A stretch of 64,000 nt of DNA, from assembly GCA_023213395.1 (NCBI GenBank), contig CM041465.1:58845741-58909740 (forward strand), in the 5' to 3' direction. Made by a program: the position numbers and the translations under genes. Of the stretch, positions 52,263-64,000 are shown one piece after another; the stretch's first letter is position 1; each line of letters begins with the position of its first letter. Below the pieces are notes generated by a model. The model was not told the DNA's origin. It did no database searches and worked only from the letters and a program-made list of their open reading frames with translations. The stretch comes from Cycas panzhihuaensis (Eukaryota > Plantae > Cycadophyta).

Positions 52263-53386
52263 CTTTCGTGATTAATTTATTTGTTTTTTGTTTGCAAACT
52301 TGTGTTATTTTAGCTTTTATATCTATTGGACTACATCTATAAGGTCAATTTCTGTGAGGAAATACTACAAGTGGTATTAGAGCCATGTTTACAATCATGG
52401 AAAGTTGCTCATTAGGTTAGAGGAAAATCTTTTTTTTTTTTCTATAAGATCGAGTACTCTCTCTACCCAAGTAGAGATCGAGGAAAAGCCTTCTCTTAGT
52501 ACTCTCTCTATGGAGATTGAAGAACAACACTAGCACAACCCTGAGAGTTATGAGGGAAGGGGAATTACTCTCCTAGGTAATGTCAATACCTTATTTTTCT
52601 GCTTTACATTTTTTTTTTAGTTTCATTCCTTTATTTCAATTTTTGCATTAGATTATTAATCCAAGGGTAGATAACACCATTGGGTAGCTACTATTTTCTC
52701 CCTCTACCTCTCTTTTCCAAGTAGATAACATTGTTGGGTGACTACTCAAGTAGTTATATAGAGATCTCGTACTGGGGGGTCTTTAAAAATCTCAAGGATT
52801 TGTCATTCTGGCTAAGCCCATTGTGGCGTTTTCGCCCCTTACACGAAGGACTATAAATAACACTCTTAAACCAAGCCCCAAACATAATTTAGCTATGAAA
52901 GCATACCTTCACATATCTTTAGGTATATAGGAGGACCCATTTTAGTTCCCAAGTCCCTTCCTAACATAGGCAAAGTATCGGCCATTGAAGTCATGTAATG
53001 CAGTGGTTAGTGGTTAGTGCCATGAAACTACCTGCCTTGAACGTTTGCATTAGAAGTTTATTAGAAAGCCTATAAGACCAAGCACACCTTGTCTAGTGGT
53101 TAGTAGAACATCTTCATTGGTGGTCTCTACCACCCTAAATTCACCTTAAATTTCATATACCCCATTTAGATGAGCCATTCACACTCTTTTCAATGGGCTA
53201 AATATCTTGTTTATATAATTTTTGGAGTCAACAGGCAATGGACACCTTACCCCCCTTATTTACCCATTCTCTTCCCCATAACAACTCCCTTGTCCTTATA
53301 TCCCATTCTTTCATGATCTATCCCACTTCGTCCATTCCCCTTCTTTCTACTATTTCTCACTTATGTACACTTCTTCTACAACTCCA

Positions 53387-56300
53387 ATGGCAAAAACACA
53401 AGGAGAAAAAATTACTAAGTTAACCACTAACTTCACCAACTTTAAGTAAGACTTCACTAGTAGGTTCGAGGGCATACCTACCAAATTAGATCTCCAGGAC
53501 ATAAAAAAATAAATCATGGTGTAACTATTACAATCCTAACTCCATAGCACAGATACTGCTCATACAATAAGCAATCAACCTCCCCCTTTTCAAGGAAATA
53601 ATGCAACTATAATAGGTTCTCCACCAAGGTAGCCTTTCTTTCATAAAATTAATATTCTTATCTTCGATGTAGATGTGAATAAGGAATGTATTTGAAGCTA
53701 GATTAATAAGTTAGAATCCTATTTCACACTCCACCTAATGTCTGAGGAGGATCAACTCTTATGTGCTTCTATCCACCTAGATGGATAAGCCTACCATTGG
53801 TTCAACTGGTAGAAATAAGAATATCCCTCGCACTTAACATGGTCCCACTTCACTAGTTATTTCTTTAAATAATACGAGGACATATAGAGTCAATCTTTTT
53901 TCACATAACTCATTCAACTTAAATAGACTACAATAATGGAGGCTTATACTAATGAATTTCAAGCTTTACACAATCGCTCGCCACAAAGTCAAAACTTGGA
54001 TAAATAAATAATAATTGATATCTATGTGGCTGGACTCCAAGATCATATTCAAATAAGACTAAAGACAATGGCAATCTATTCCTTCAAAGATGCATTCAAG
54101 TGAGCTTAAGCAGTAGAGGCTGAATTTATGGTAGATAGACCCTAAGCTAATCGTCGGGATAGCAATTGGTTCTCACACACTCAACAATCAAACTTCCAAT
54201 GAATTTAATCTCGATTTGATGATGATGCCCATCCTCAAGATGACTTTGTACATCCTCAACCGTGACAAGATTATACCACCTGCCCAACCATCGATTGGTA
54301 AAATGATGACTCATCTACCAAAAGAGTCTAAATTTCCCAAGCTGAAGCACAATGCCAACTAGAGGCCCATCTCTGTATATAGTGTACAGAAAAGTAGACT
54401 TCTGGGCATGGTCGCATCTGTAAGGTGTGACGTATGGTTTTTTTCCATTGACCCATCCCTATCCCTTGATGAACCCTTTAACTCTAACTCTAAACACGAG
54501 GTTGAAGATGATACTTATGATGACTCTACCTCAGACCCTCACCCTGTAGTATCATTATCTATTGTCACTACCTCCTTTTGTCCTGAACCCCTATGTGTCC
54601 AAGGCATTTTTTACAAGACTCTTGTGTTTATCTTGATCGATGGTGATACATCAGTTAATTTTATTAATATCTCTATAGATCAACAATTTAACCTATATAT
54701 AGTATTAAAAACTGGCTCTGCCTATTCTCTACCAAGGTAGTAATAACTCCACTATACTAGTGTTATTAAAAACCTATAAGTCCAAATTAGCTCCTATCTG
54801 TTGATGTTAGATTTCTATGCCTTATCAATAAGAGGGTCTAATACTATCTTAGAGATTCAGTGGTTACAAACCCTAGGATCTTATAATACAAATAACTTGC
54901 CTACCAACCCATTCATCACTTTCAAAGACCAAATGGGTTGAAATCACAAAATTTTTGGGATGCAGTCCCCCACTAACCAAGTGGTCTCTCGCGGGCGTAC
55001 GAAATGTCATCTTCAATCTCACTTAGGATATATAATTCGCCTTAACAATATTTAAATCAAATCGTAAATTCACCCAAGTATTTAGGACATCATTACCCAA
55101 TATGAGCAGGTATTTACTCCTCTACTCACCACTACCCAACCTGATTGTGGATTTTATCATACAATTGACCTCTAATCTAATCATGACCTTATCAACTTAA
55201 GACTTGACCACAACTCATGCTTTTAAAAGAACAAAATTGAGAAACTCACAACCGAGCTCCTTGACATGGGCATAATCCAACCAAGCAAAAGCCCTTATAT
55301 AGCTCTAATAATCTTTGATAGGAAGAAAGATGGTTCCTTCCACCTCTGTGTTGATTATAGAGAACTAAATAAAATTACCATATAAAATAAGTTCTCCACA
55401 CCTTACATAGATGATATAGTGGACGGAATTCATGGTGTGACTATTTTTTCTAAGTTAGACCTTCAATCCGGTTACTACCAAATCTGAATTGCCCCAGAAG
55501 ACTACTATAAGATAATATTTTAAATATATCATGGCCATTTTAAGTTTCGTGTAATGCCCTTTGACCTTTATAATACCCTGGCAACTTTTCAAACCCTTAT
55601 GAACAAAATTTTTAGCCCATATCTCCAAAAATTCATCATAGTATTCTTTGATGACATTCTTATTTATAGTGTCTTCCTAGACCACCACATCCAACACTTA
55701 GAAATTGTCCTTCAAGTACTACAAAACCACCAACTCTATGCAAAATTATCTAAGTATGAGTTTGAACAATCTAAACTCAAATACTTAGGGCATATCATCT
55801 CATTGGAAGGGATATGCATGGACCTCAATAAAATATCCATCATTATGACTTGGCTAACACCTACCACCCTCACCTAACTATGAGTATTCCTTGGGCTCAT
55901 AGGATTCTACCAATAGTTTATGCATAACTATGCCACCCTCATTGCCACCTTAACCAATCTCCTTCATAAAGATGCTTTTCAATGGCCTCCAAAAGCTGAT
56001 GTTACCTTTTCTCATCTTAAAGTCATAATGACCTCTACCGTAGTCCTCATCACTCTTGATTTTAACCAGCCTTCTCAACTTGAATGTGATGCCTCGAGAT
56101 TTAGACTCAGTGTAGTCCTAATGCAAGACTCTCATCCCATTGCATTCAAGAGCCAAAAATTAAAAGAGCATGAACTCCATCTCTCTACATAACAGAAGGA
56201 GATGAAAGTTATTCTCTACAATATTGATAAGTGGAGGTAATACCTCTTAAGCTCTAAATCCACTATTCTTATGGATCATCATAGCCTCCATAATATGTTA

Positions 56301-56592
56301 GATCAGTTAGTCCTATTAGAGGAACAAGCTAAGTAAGTTCACCATCTACAAGTATTTGAATTCATAATATCGTATAAAAAAGGTAAAGTCAATATAGTTA
56401 TAGATGCCTATTTACATCTCCACCCTAACGACAATACTCCCAACTTGAGCCTCCATGCCATAAGCAAACCCTAACCCCTTTGGCTTGATGAAATATGGAT
56501 TGAAAACCATGCCCAACTTGACTACCCTAACTTGAGTAAAAAGATTTTCATTGATAAAGTTTGGTCAACCTTCAATAATCATCTACTCTATT
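53387..56592 (+). pseudogene. Gypsy-3 gag-pol remnant
   Basis: INKLESYFTLH..HLDG*AYHWF (gag); ILIDGDTSVNFI (protease); RT ~55250-55900; RNase H ~56070-56420. Confidence 0.87.
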
Positions 56593-57590
56593 TATTTCTC
56601 ACCTGTCAAAATGGATTTGGAGTTCATCGCATAAGTAAGTAGAGGTATACATTCTATCTCATACTTTTATTACATTCTTTTTAGTCATTACTTTATAGGA
56701 TGCTTGTTTTGCTACTTAGATACATGATGGTTTGGTTTATTTAGCTTTCTTGTGTTGATTACTTGCCTATGATGATCAGGACTTTGGTCCAATGGCATCA
56801 TTAAGCCTCGATAGTGGTCTCCTAGTTGGTAAGTAGTTCATTACATACTCCTGTAGCCTGATCTTAGCTAAGTTCTGACTCATTTTTGCTCCTTTGTTGC
56901 ATCTTTTCCACTTGCCTCTTGCCTTATCGATGACTTGGATAGCCTAGGGTAGTTTGTTGAGAACTTAGAGGGGATTTTGCACCTTATTATTTAGACCCCA
57001 TGTGATTTCTTTATTAATTTTCATGGATTCATCTCAATTGCTATTGTTCCCATCAAGTTCTGACTCAATTTCACAATATTATTATGTTTTCTAGCTATAT
57101 ATTAGTCATTTAGATGGCCTAATATTAGTTTGTAGGGATCTAGGGAAGAGTTCTTAACCCTTGGTAGTGAGCTTCCCCTCAATTTATATTAATTCTAGTA
57201 ATTTACCTCCACCCCGCTCTGGTTTCTGTGTTGTGCAGATATGTTTGTAGTGTTGCAAATATATTCACGATGCAACTGTTAGTGACAAAAACATGGCTAA
57301 TAACATCTAGATTTGTATTTAACATAGTCCCTAATAGGTCCCTCACCTCAAGACTAGCCTAGATCGAGGCCTAATGATCATGGGTGGGTGTTCAAATATA
57401 AAAACTCTTATTTTTATTGATCATTCATCATCCTACACCCATCTTTCGTGCTCATTTTTTACTCTTCTTGGACCGAACAGAGAATGCATATTCTTGAGGG
57501 AGAAAAAGATAAGAAGGACATAGATTTTGGGTAGTACAATCATTTGATCAACCTCTACTCTAAACTACATTCTTCCTTTATCTTCTTCAC
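56593..57590 (+). mobile_element. Start of a diverged long-LTR-family LTR, interrupted at about 57591
   Basis: tatttc..aatggatttggag..gtaagtagaggtata and gcctatgatga align with the LTR starts at 3305 and 63571. Confidence 0.55.
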
Positions 57591-59039
57591 TGAAAGATTT
57601 TACATAAAAGGTTTTCTTAAGTGCTACTAGAAGTGCACCTCTGGGGGTCACCAGATACGAAGAGATCAAGCCAATACAATCAATAATCTTGTGGATAAAG
57701 GATCTACAGAAGTGAGGGAAATGATTACCCATAAAGGTCATCCGTGTGTCAGAACACAGGTTTGAGGACCCACAAATGGCACACAAACTTCCTCTCAAAA
57801 CAAGCACCTTCTCAATTTAGGATGGGTAAGAGAGGGGCTTCCTCGGTTTATCGAGTAGCCTAGAAAAGGAGACCCTCCTATCCTGGATGGCTTAAGGAAG
57901 GAGGATATAAATGGGATACACCCTTCCCAAGGAGAGGGAATAGGTGAGGTAGGTCCTAACCAAAAGAGGAAGTACCCACAAGCAAGTAGCGGGTGGCTGG
58001 TAGTATGGATGAAAAGGGGATGTTGGGCTAAAGAAGGGCCAAGTTCTAAATAGAGGTAAGGGAAAGTAAGCCCTTACCAAAAGGGGAGAGGAAGACCTTA
58101 AGGGGGAGTGCTCCTAAGGTGCCTACACCTAAAATGGATAGTTAGATGTAGGGGACAAGGTAATATATTTTGTTCTTTCATTTTTTGTTATATAATGAGG
58201 TGGGGTGGTGCTACGAGTTATTGTTGTTTCTATTTTGTATTTGAATTAAAATAGGGAAGTAAACAAGACAATAACTCTCTCTCTCTCTCTTCCTAAACCC
58301 TAGCCTCTCTATCTTTATCTTTTATAAGTATAAAAGGAAATATGCAGGCAAGAAGCATAAGAAGAGGATGCAAAGACTAATGCAAGTCAACCCAATGGTG
58401 CATGGGAAAGGAGGATAGGTGAGAGCAGGGAGACTCACATCCCTTTACACTCTAATGCTAGCAGATATAAGAATTAAGTGAGGAGAAGCGGGGTAAAGAT
58501 GCAACTAGTGAGGGTTGACACCTACTTGTGCAAAGTAATTACCCTTCCACCTATATGATCAAATAAGTTAAGTAATGAACAATGAAATACAAAATTATAT
58601 TTTCTTTTATGAAATACCAAAAACTATCTTTTCTTTTGTTCTTCCTTTTCTTCTTTTGGGAGTAAGGGGGGGAAAGAATGGATGAGAGGATAGAAGGGAG
58701 TACACTTGGAAACTAGACGGTCAATGTAAAAGCCCTTTCTTCCACCATGCAATCCACTTTTGTTTACCTAACATTCCTTATCGTAATTTATGTATTGGAA
58801 AGAAACACTAACAGGGCTTCCTTACCTTCCCAAAGGTGAAATATAGAAAGAACTAAAAGAAGAAGAAGAAAAGAAAGGATTTCTTACAATGAAATTTCAA
58901 GGTAATGTAATAACAATGGGAGAAGTACGTGTACCTATAATGAAGACCTCTGTTTGTCCCAAAACGGGTGAAACCTGCATAAAAAACTACTTACCCTTTC
59001 CCAAGGGGCACTAAACATGCAAAGGAGCAAGCGTGTATA

Positions 59040-59070
<31 letters not shown>

Positions 59071-60890
59071 TTTCTTTTTTTTTTGCAAAAGAAAGAAACA
59101 AGAAAAGTAACCCTATATAAATGTCCTTTGAACAAGCAAAATACGCAATGTTAGTTTTACTTATCATATATACATAGTGATCCAATGATTATGGGAAAGG
59201 AGGGAGAAAGGAGAAAGGAAGGATAACCGCAAAATGGCTAACCCTCCTAATGGGATGTCTCCACGTTCCTAAGCACTTAAGAAAGCAAATCCAGATAGGA
59301 TCCAAGTTTCTTTCAAGGATAAAAGAGCAATAAACTTTGCATACAAAAAAGTTGCAAGGAAATGTAAAAGCTGCAATGACGAACTTTTGTAAGATTTTAC
59401 AAAGACAAGACTGAAATAGTATAAATATTAAGAAGCTATTGCTAAAAACTAGATTTTCTGAAGCCATGATGGCTGGTTATAAGCATAGCAAGGTGTTGTT
59501 AATGTTGCAACCAACAAGGCTCCCTACCCCAAGGGTTTCTAAGCAAACATGAGAGGTATTGGGAGGAAAAAGAGCGAAGACTAGGAGGTTGCCCTTGAGG
59601 AGATGGAAAAAGGATACAAAACCCTAGCTAAAACTCCTTTTTCTCTTTACTGGACACTTTTCTCTCCACCTCCTTGAGTGGACTGAAGGAAACCTCAAGG
59701 TACAAGGGAGTAAGCTTGAGAAAGAGAAGGGTTTGCCTTCTAGAGTGGACAAATAGGAGGTAGTTTCACATAATGAATTGAAATAGCAAGCAAAAAAACC
59801 ATAATGCTTGAGGAAAAGGATGATGTGCAGGCCTATAGATACCTAGTAAGAGCATATCTGAGGTAGATCTACCTTGTGTAGTGGTTGAAAGAGAGGTTCT
59901 CCTTGAGGACTGGTGAAGAAACCTTGCAATGGTACCAAGAAAGAGCATGACCTATAAATAAATTTGATGCTTATGCTTGGATGGGATATTTGTGGAGGAG
60001 ATCTATCCCAAAGCTCACTGTTGTAGACCTATAACTCATGGTTTTACCTTAAGGGAGATGGTGGCAAGAGTGGAGGACAAGTACAACAAGTGAGAGCCTT
60101 CGTTTCATAATTTTTCCTTAGAGGTGAGGAGGAAGAAGAGGAGCAATGAGAAAAAAATTAGGTTTTAAAACCTAATCATAGCTTAATGGGTGATTATGGC
60201 TCACCCTAGGAAGGAAACAACCCATCACCATATGTTAATTTTACATTTAATGTAAATTTGGCCATTGCAATATAAAAAAGTAAATTTGAATAATTGCACC
60301 ATAGTAAACTTCACAATACTGTAGAGTTTGTAGTGGTACCACAGAATTTACAGCGGTGCACTCAAAACTAATTAAAAACTAAGGAGGGAGCCCAAAAGGC
60401 TCCCCAAAAAGGAGGCCTTAGATCCCAAAAGGATAATAATACAATGGCAATGTGCCAAAGGGGGGTTATAGGACCTAGGGAGACCATGATGAACGAGGAG
60501 AAGGTGGTAACAAGGCCCTAAAGGGAGACAAATGGCGAAAAAGGGCGACAATCAGACCTAAACAAGATGTTAGGGGTCACATCATACCAAGGAGCAATAA
60601 AGGATAGGCTACGGGAGCTAAGAGTACTTAGAGGCATTGTGGAGACATGGCATAGGGTTGTAAGATGCCATGGGATATATATCCCTAGTCATCATAAGCT
60701 AAAGTATTAAGATGCAACATGAGTATGCAGGTAAGCTAAGTACAATGATCATGCAATCAACCAATCAATATGCAATGTGCATATATTAATAATCCAATAG
60801 CGTCCTGAAGCTAATGAAAGTGAGGATAGACACATACCTACACTTACTTAAGGTGAGTTATCCATGTCTATTCCCATTAGTTAGGAAATA
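57591..60890 (-). repeat. 3' LTR (~3.3 kb) of a minus-strand Tat-like element
   Basis: Right end (gtctattcccattagttaggaaata) matches the reverse complement of the 3305 LTR start; PPT ccaagggggtag (minus strand) at 60891-60902; patchy internal similarity; left boundary tentative. Confidence 0.65.
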
Positions 60891-61429
60891 CTACCCCCTT
60901 GGCAGTAGAGCCTCACTGCTCAAAAGCACAGTACGATGGCGAATGCTAGTAACACAAAGGTTAGTATCATGTATCAAAGCATTGTAGTGTCATCATCTAA
61001 GGGCGGTGGTAAGTATCGTAGCAGAATGCATGGACAAGGAGAAGAGAGGGGCAGAATAGGGGCTGCCTATGCATCACCCTAAAATCTAATGAAAGAGAGG
61101 ATGGATGAGGGGGATGCTCCCATCGCACCTATGCAAGGTGAATGATGCTGATAGTCACGAGTATGACAAGATAATATAACTAAAAGTATATATATATATA
61201 TATATATAGATCTAAATGTGAGGGCCTTGTACCATAGGTGGTACGAAGGACAAAGTGAAGAAACAAACCTAGTGGTTACTCTATTTTAACCTCATCAATG
61301 GCCAGCTTTCAGAGGTGCGAACAGATTGCAGGATGACAGATGGAACTCTCTCGGAACTAGGGTGATTGGGGAACTTGATAGGTTCCTCAGGGAGGATCAT
61401 CAAGGAGAGGGAGATGACACTTGAGGATG

Positions 61430-61809
61430 TGACAAACGAGGCGGTCTATCTCAATGTTTAAGTCTCCAGGAATGTGTTGAATATCTATGAAGGAGAAACA
61501 AGATAGAAGAGTCCTAGCAATCAAAGCAAGGGCTCTCAAATGTAGGTAGTGTACCTGGTAAACCTAGGTAAGCTGCAACATGACGATCTGAGAGTCACAA
61601 AGAAGGATAATAAGACCGTGATGGAAATGGAGTGCATCGGTAAGGGCCTTAATAACAGTTGTGTATTTAGCTTCGTTATTGGTGGCCTCAGGGAAAAAGA
61701 TTCTGGAACGTATGTAGTCATATCCAGAGGGGTCATGAAAGATCCACGCAGTGGCAGAAGGTCCTAGATTACCACGACTTTCTCCATCAGTGAAGATGAG
61801 TAATACCAT
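61430..61809 (-). pseudogene. Archaeal-type RNase HI (aRH) domain
   Basis: FTDGESRGNLGPS..ATNNEAKY..ALTDAL..CDSQIVMLQL..Y.V..; after a frameshift FIDIQHIPGDLNIEIDRL. Confidence 0.88.
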
Positions 61810-63083
61810 GGTGAAGAAGTAAGGACCTCTGCCAAATGGAAAAAGGAAAAGTGACAGTGAGGTTAATAGGTGGAGAGAAAAGAGGAAAGATAGCGATGGG
61901 GCTACGAATCACTCAGAAGGCTATAAATATAGGTCATAAAGAACATGAGGGTCCTAAAAAGAGGCTACCCAGGAATGAGGAAATCAACATGGTAAAGAGG
62001 TGAGAAAACAATGGTGAAAAAGGCCCCTTCATGGCTCCAAAGATTTCTAAAAGGACCAAAAGGAAGTCAAAAAAAAAAGGAGGGAAGCGCTTCCTTTAGG
62101 AGCCTCAAAGGCTTGAACAGGCAACAAAAATGGATCCAGAGTGGCGAAACGAGTCAAAGGAGTATAAACATAGGTATGTTTTGGGGCAATGCAAAAAACG
62201 AGATAAAAGGGATCTGGAGGAGGCTGGAGAGGTCATCATAAATATGCCAAAAAGCTAGAAATGGAAGCCATGGAGGTGAAACAGAAGATGGACCTAGAAG
62301 ACAAAGGTGATAAGGCTAAGAAAGCGATCTCAAGGGCTATCATGGCAAGGGAAAAGGAGAAAGTACCCCTCAGGGCCCCTGCGTATATAAAGGAAGGAGG
62401 GTGAAAATGAGATTCATTGTCACGGGCTTGTGATCGATCTGGAGCCCTTCCTTCTGCAGAGCAGAGTCTTACCTGACTTCAGGAGCACAGAGCGAGAGAT
62501 TCGATCATTGGATCAAGGAAAAGAGATAGCCAATATAATCAAGACGATGAGATGGTAATGGTGATGTTGGATTTAGTAAGTTGATCGTCCCCTATCCCCT
62601 TCATTTCATTGTTTATGTTTAGTGGCTTTTTGAGGTTTTTGTAGCTTGGTTTAGGCCCCTTAAGGGTGATTTAGGACCCTCTGGAGCTTGAACGAGGCCC
62701 AGAGTGGGGGACAACTAGGGCATTAGGTAGCCCTGGTCCTACTGGGCTAGGCCTTAGCCCACTCAGACAAACTTTTGAGGTCTATTGGGCATCCCCCTCT
62801 CCCCCTCCCTTTTTATAGGGGGAAACAATGGCCTTGCAGCAAAGATCACAGTGCCACAGAGTTTGCCGCAGGGTTGTTGATGGGACATGAGAACCTCAAT
62901 GGGGCTCGTGTTAAACTTCATGGTACCACAGAGTTTGATGTGGGGCAGAGAGGACATAGTGGAAAAAAGAAGAAAAGAGGTCCATGGGGATGGCTAACTC
63001 AACCTACTGGAGCATGAGACGTCCTAAGGACGACTAAGCATGGTATAGAGAGTATTTGGACTGATACTCATGTCATTTTACAG

Positions 63084-63570
63084 GTGGTTCTTGTGATCGA
63101 TAATTGCGAGAACATATGAGTCACGATGATGAGATTCATAGAGATGATGTTACAAGGAGACAGGTAGATATTGAGATGTTGTGGGCTCTTGAAGATCATT
63201 AGGATGCCCCAATATGCGTTAGACCAGCATCTCCTAATGGATATAGTCTCTCACTGGGATTGTAGACAATACGTTTTCCACTTCCCCTGGGTAGGAGATG
63301 TGATTGTCATACTAGGGGACATCAAGAGGATTTTAGGGGTACCAATACGATAAGCGCCAGCATCGTTAGGTACATTGCCTAGCACAAACGTTACACACAC
63401 AGAGGCAGCGACATACTTCACAGGCTAGGGTAGGTAGGATCGATGAGGGGTGTCAGTGCAAACTATGGTGATGTCCAGGATTCCTCGAGTGAGTAAGTTC
63501 ATTACACTAGGCATTTTGTTTTGGATCTCCCAGAAATAGAACTACATGGATATTCTATGCAGATGGATGG
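63084..63570 (+). pseudogene. Plant mobile domain (PMD, MAIN/MAIL-like) fragment, interrupted by an LTR
   Basis: GLLKIIRMPQYALDQHLLMDIVSHWDCRQYVFHFPWVGDVIVILGDIKRILGVPI matches the PMD pattern D..LL.ALVERW...THTFH.P.GE.TITL.DV..ILG.P; preceded by acceptor ttttacag. Confidence 0.82.
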
Positions 63571-64000
63571 TGTTTCATGGCTACCAGGAATGGACTTGAG
63601 ACAAGCAGGCTCAGGTAAGCACAGGTATATACTTCTCACTTTTATCCTCACTTTCGCTTGTTAGAAGTTGTTTAGAGTATTGTTTGATGCATGTTTGCTT
63701 GCCTTTTATGTGATCGCATTGCCTTCTCTGCTTGATCACGTTGCTTGCACCTGCCGCACACTATTTAGCCTATGACGACCCACCATGGAGCACTCCTTAG
63801 TGAGTCATGCACCCCATATGGCACTCAGTTGCATGTAACACCTCCACAACTCCTTAAACATTGTTGTTGGTAGCGATCCGCTCACATCAGCACTCCTATC
63901 ACCACTTTGAGCCCTCTTCTAGGTGTGATAGGACCTCTCTGAGACTTGTTTCTCTCTTTCGGCCATTTGCGAGCTACTTGGGCATGAGCTCCCAGCCTGC
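63571..64000 (+). mobile_element. Start of another long-LTR-family LTR, running off the window
   Basis: TGTTTCATGGCTACCAGGAATGGACTTGAG and agcctatgacgac..accccatatggc align with 3305-3600. Confidence 0.85.

Larger units (their letters stand above)
51638..56592 (+). mobile_element. Gypsy-3: chromovirus related to Gypsy-2 (5' LTR, gag, PR, RT, RNase H), interrupted at 56593
   Basis: LTR 51638-52369; PBS tggtattagagcca 52372-52385; gag similar to Gypsy-2; VFFDDILIYS; LECDAS. Confidence 0.87.
57591..63570 (-). mobile_element. 3' part of a Tat-like Ty3/Gypsy element (3' LTR, PPT, aRH, antisense PMD)
   Basis: LTR plus PPT plus archaeal-type RNase H plus plant mobile domain; pol not in the window. 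Confidence 0.7.

Noticed and set aside
1-64000. CRISPR arrays, rRNA or tRNA genes, prokaryotic operons
   Set aside because: None seen; tRNA-complementary matches are only short retrotransposon PBSs, and the archaeal-type RNase H is a known plant retroelement domain rather than evidence of contamination or recent transfer

Overview
AT-rich land-plant nuclear DNA, possibly from a non-angiosperm vascular plant (the species cannot be determined from this window). It holds one intact host gene: an 8-exon calmodulin-binding protein 60 (CBP60) gene on the minus strand (29905-37366, 671 aa) with a CpG-rich, CGCG-box-dense promoter. Almost all the rest is nested, decayed LTR retrotransposons. Left block (1-27500): up to five nesting levels (minus-strand Gypsy > chromovirus Gypsy-1 > chromovirus Gypsy-2 > non-autonomous LTR element > inverted solo LTR), plus a complete Tnt1/Tork-like Copia, a Copia 3' end and a young 2.56-kb solo LTR. 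Right block (39500-64000): a non-autonomous LTR element carrying intronless fragments of host genes (LCBK2, CDKD, possibly DUF677), a TRIM-like element, a Copia, a chromovirus, and a long-LTR Tat-like family. That family's 3' region holds a stand-alone archaeal-type RNase H and a divergently oriented plant mobile domain (PMD) gene. Highlights: the aRH/PMD cassette, the multi-gene capture, an internal inversion between inverted LTRs supported by its split TSD, and conserved non-coding elements in leaders and LTRs. All calls were made by eye; no database searches were run.
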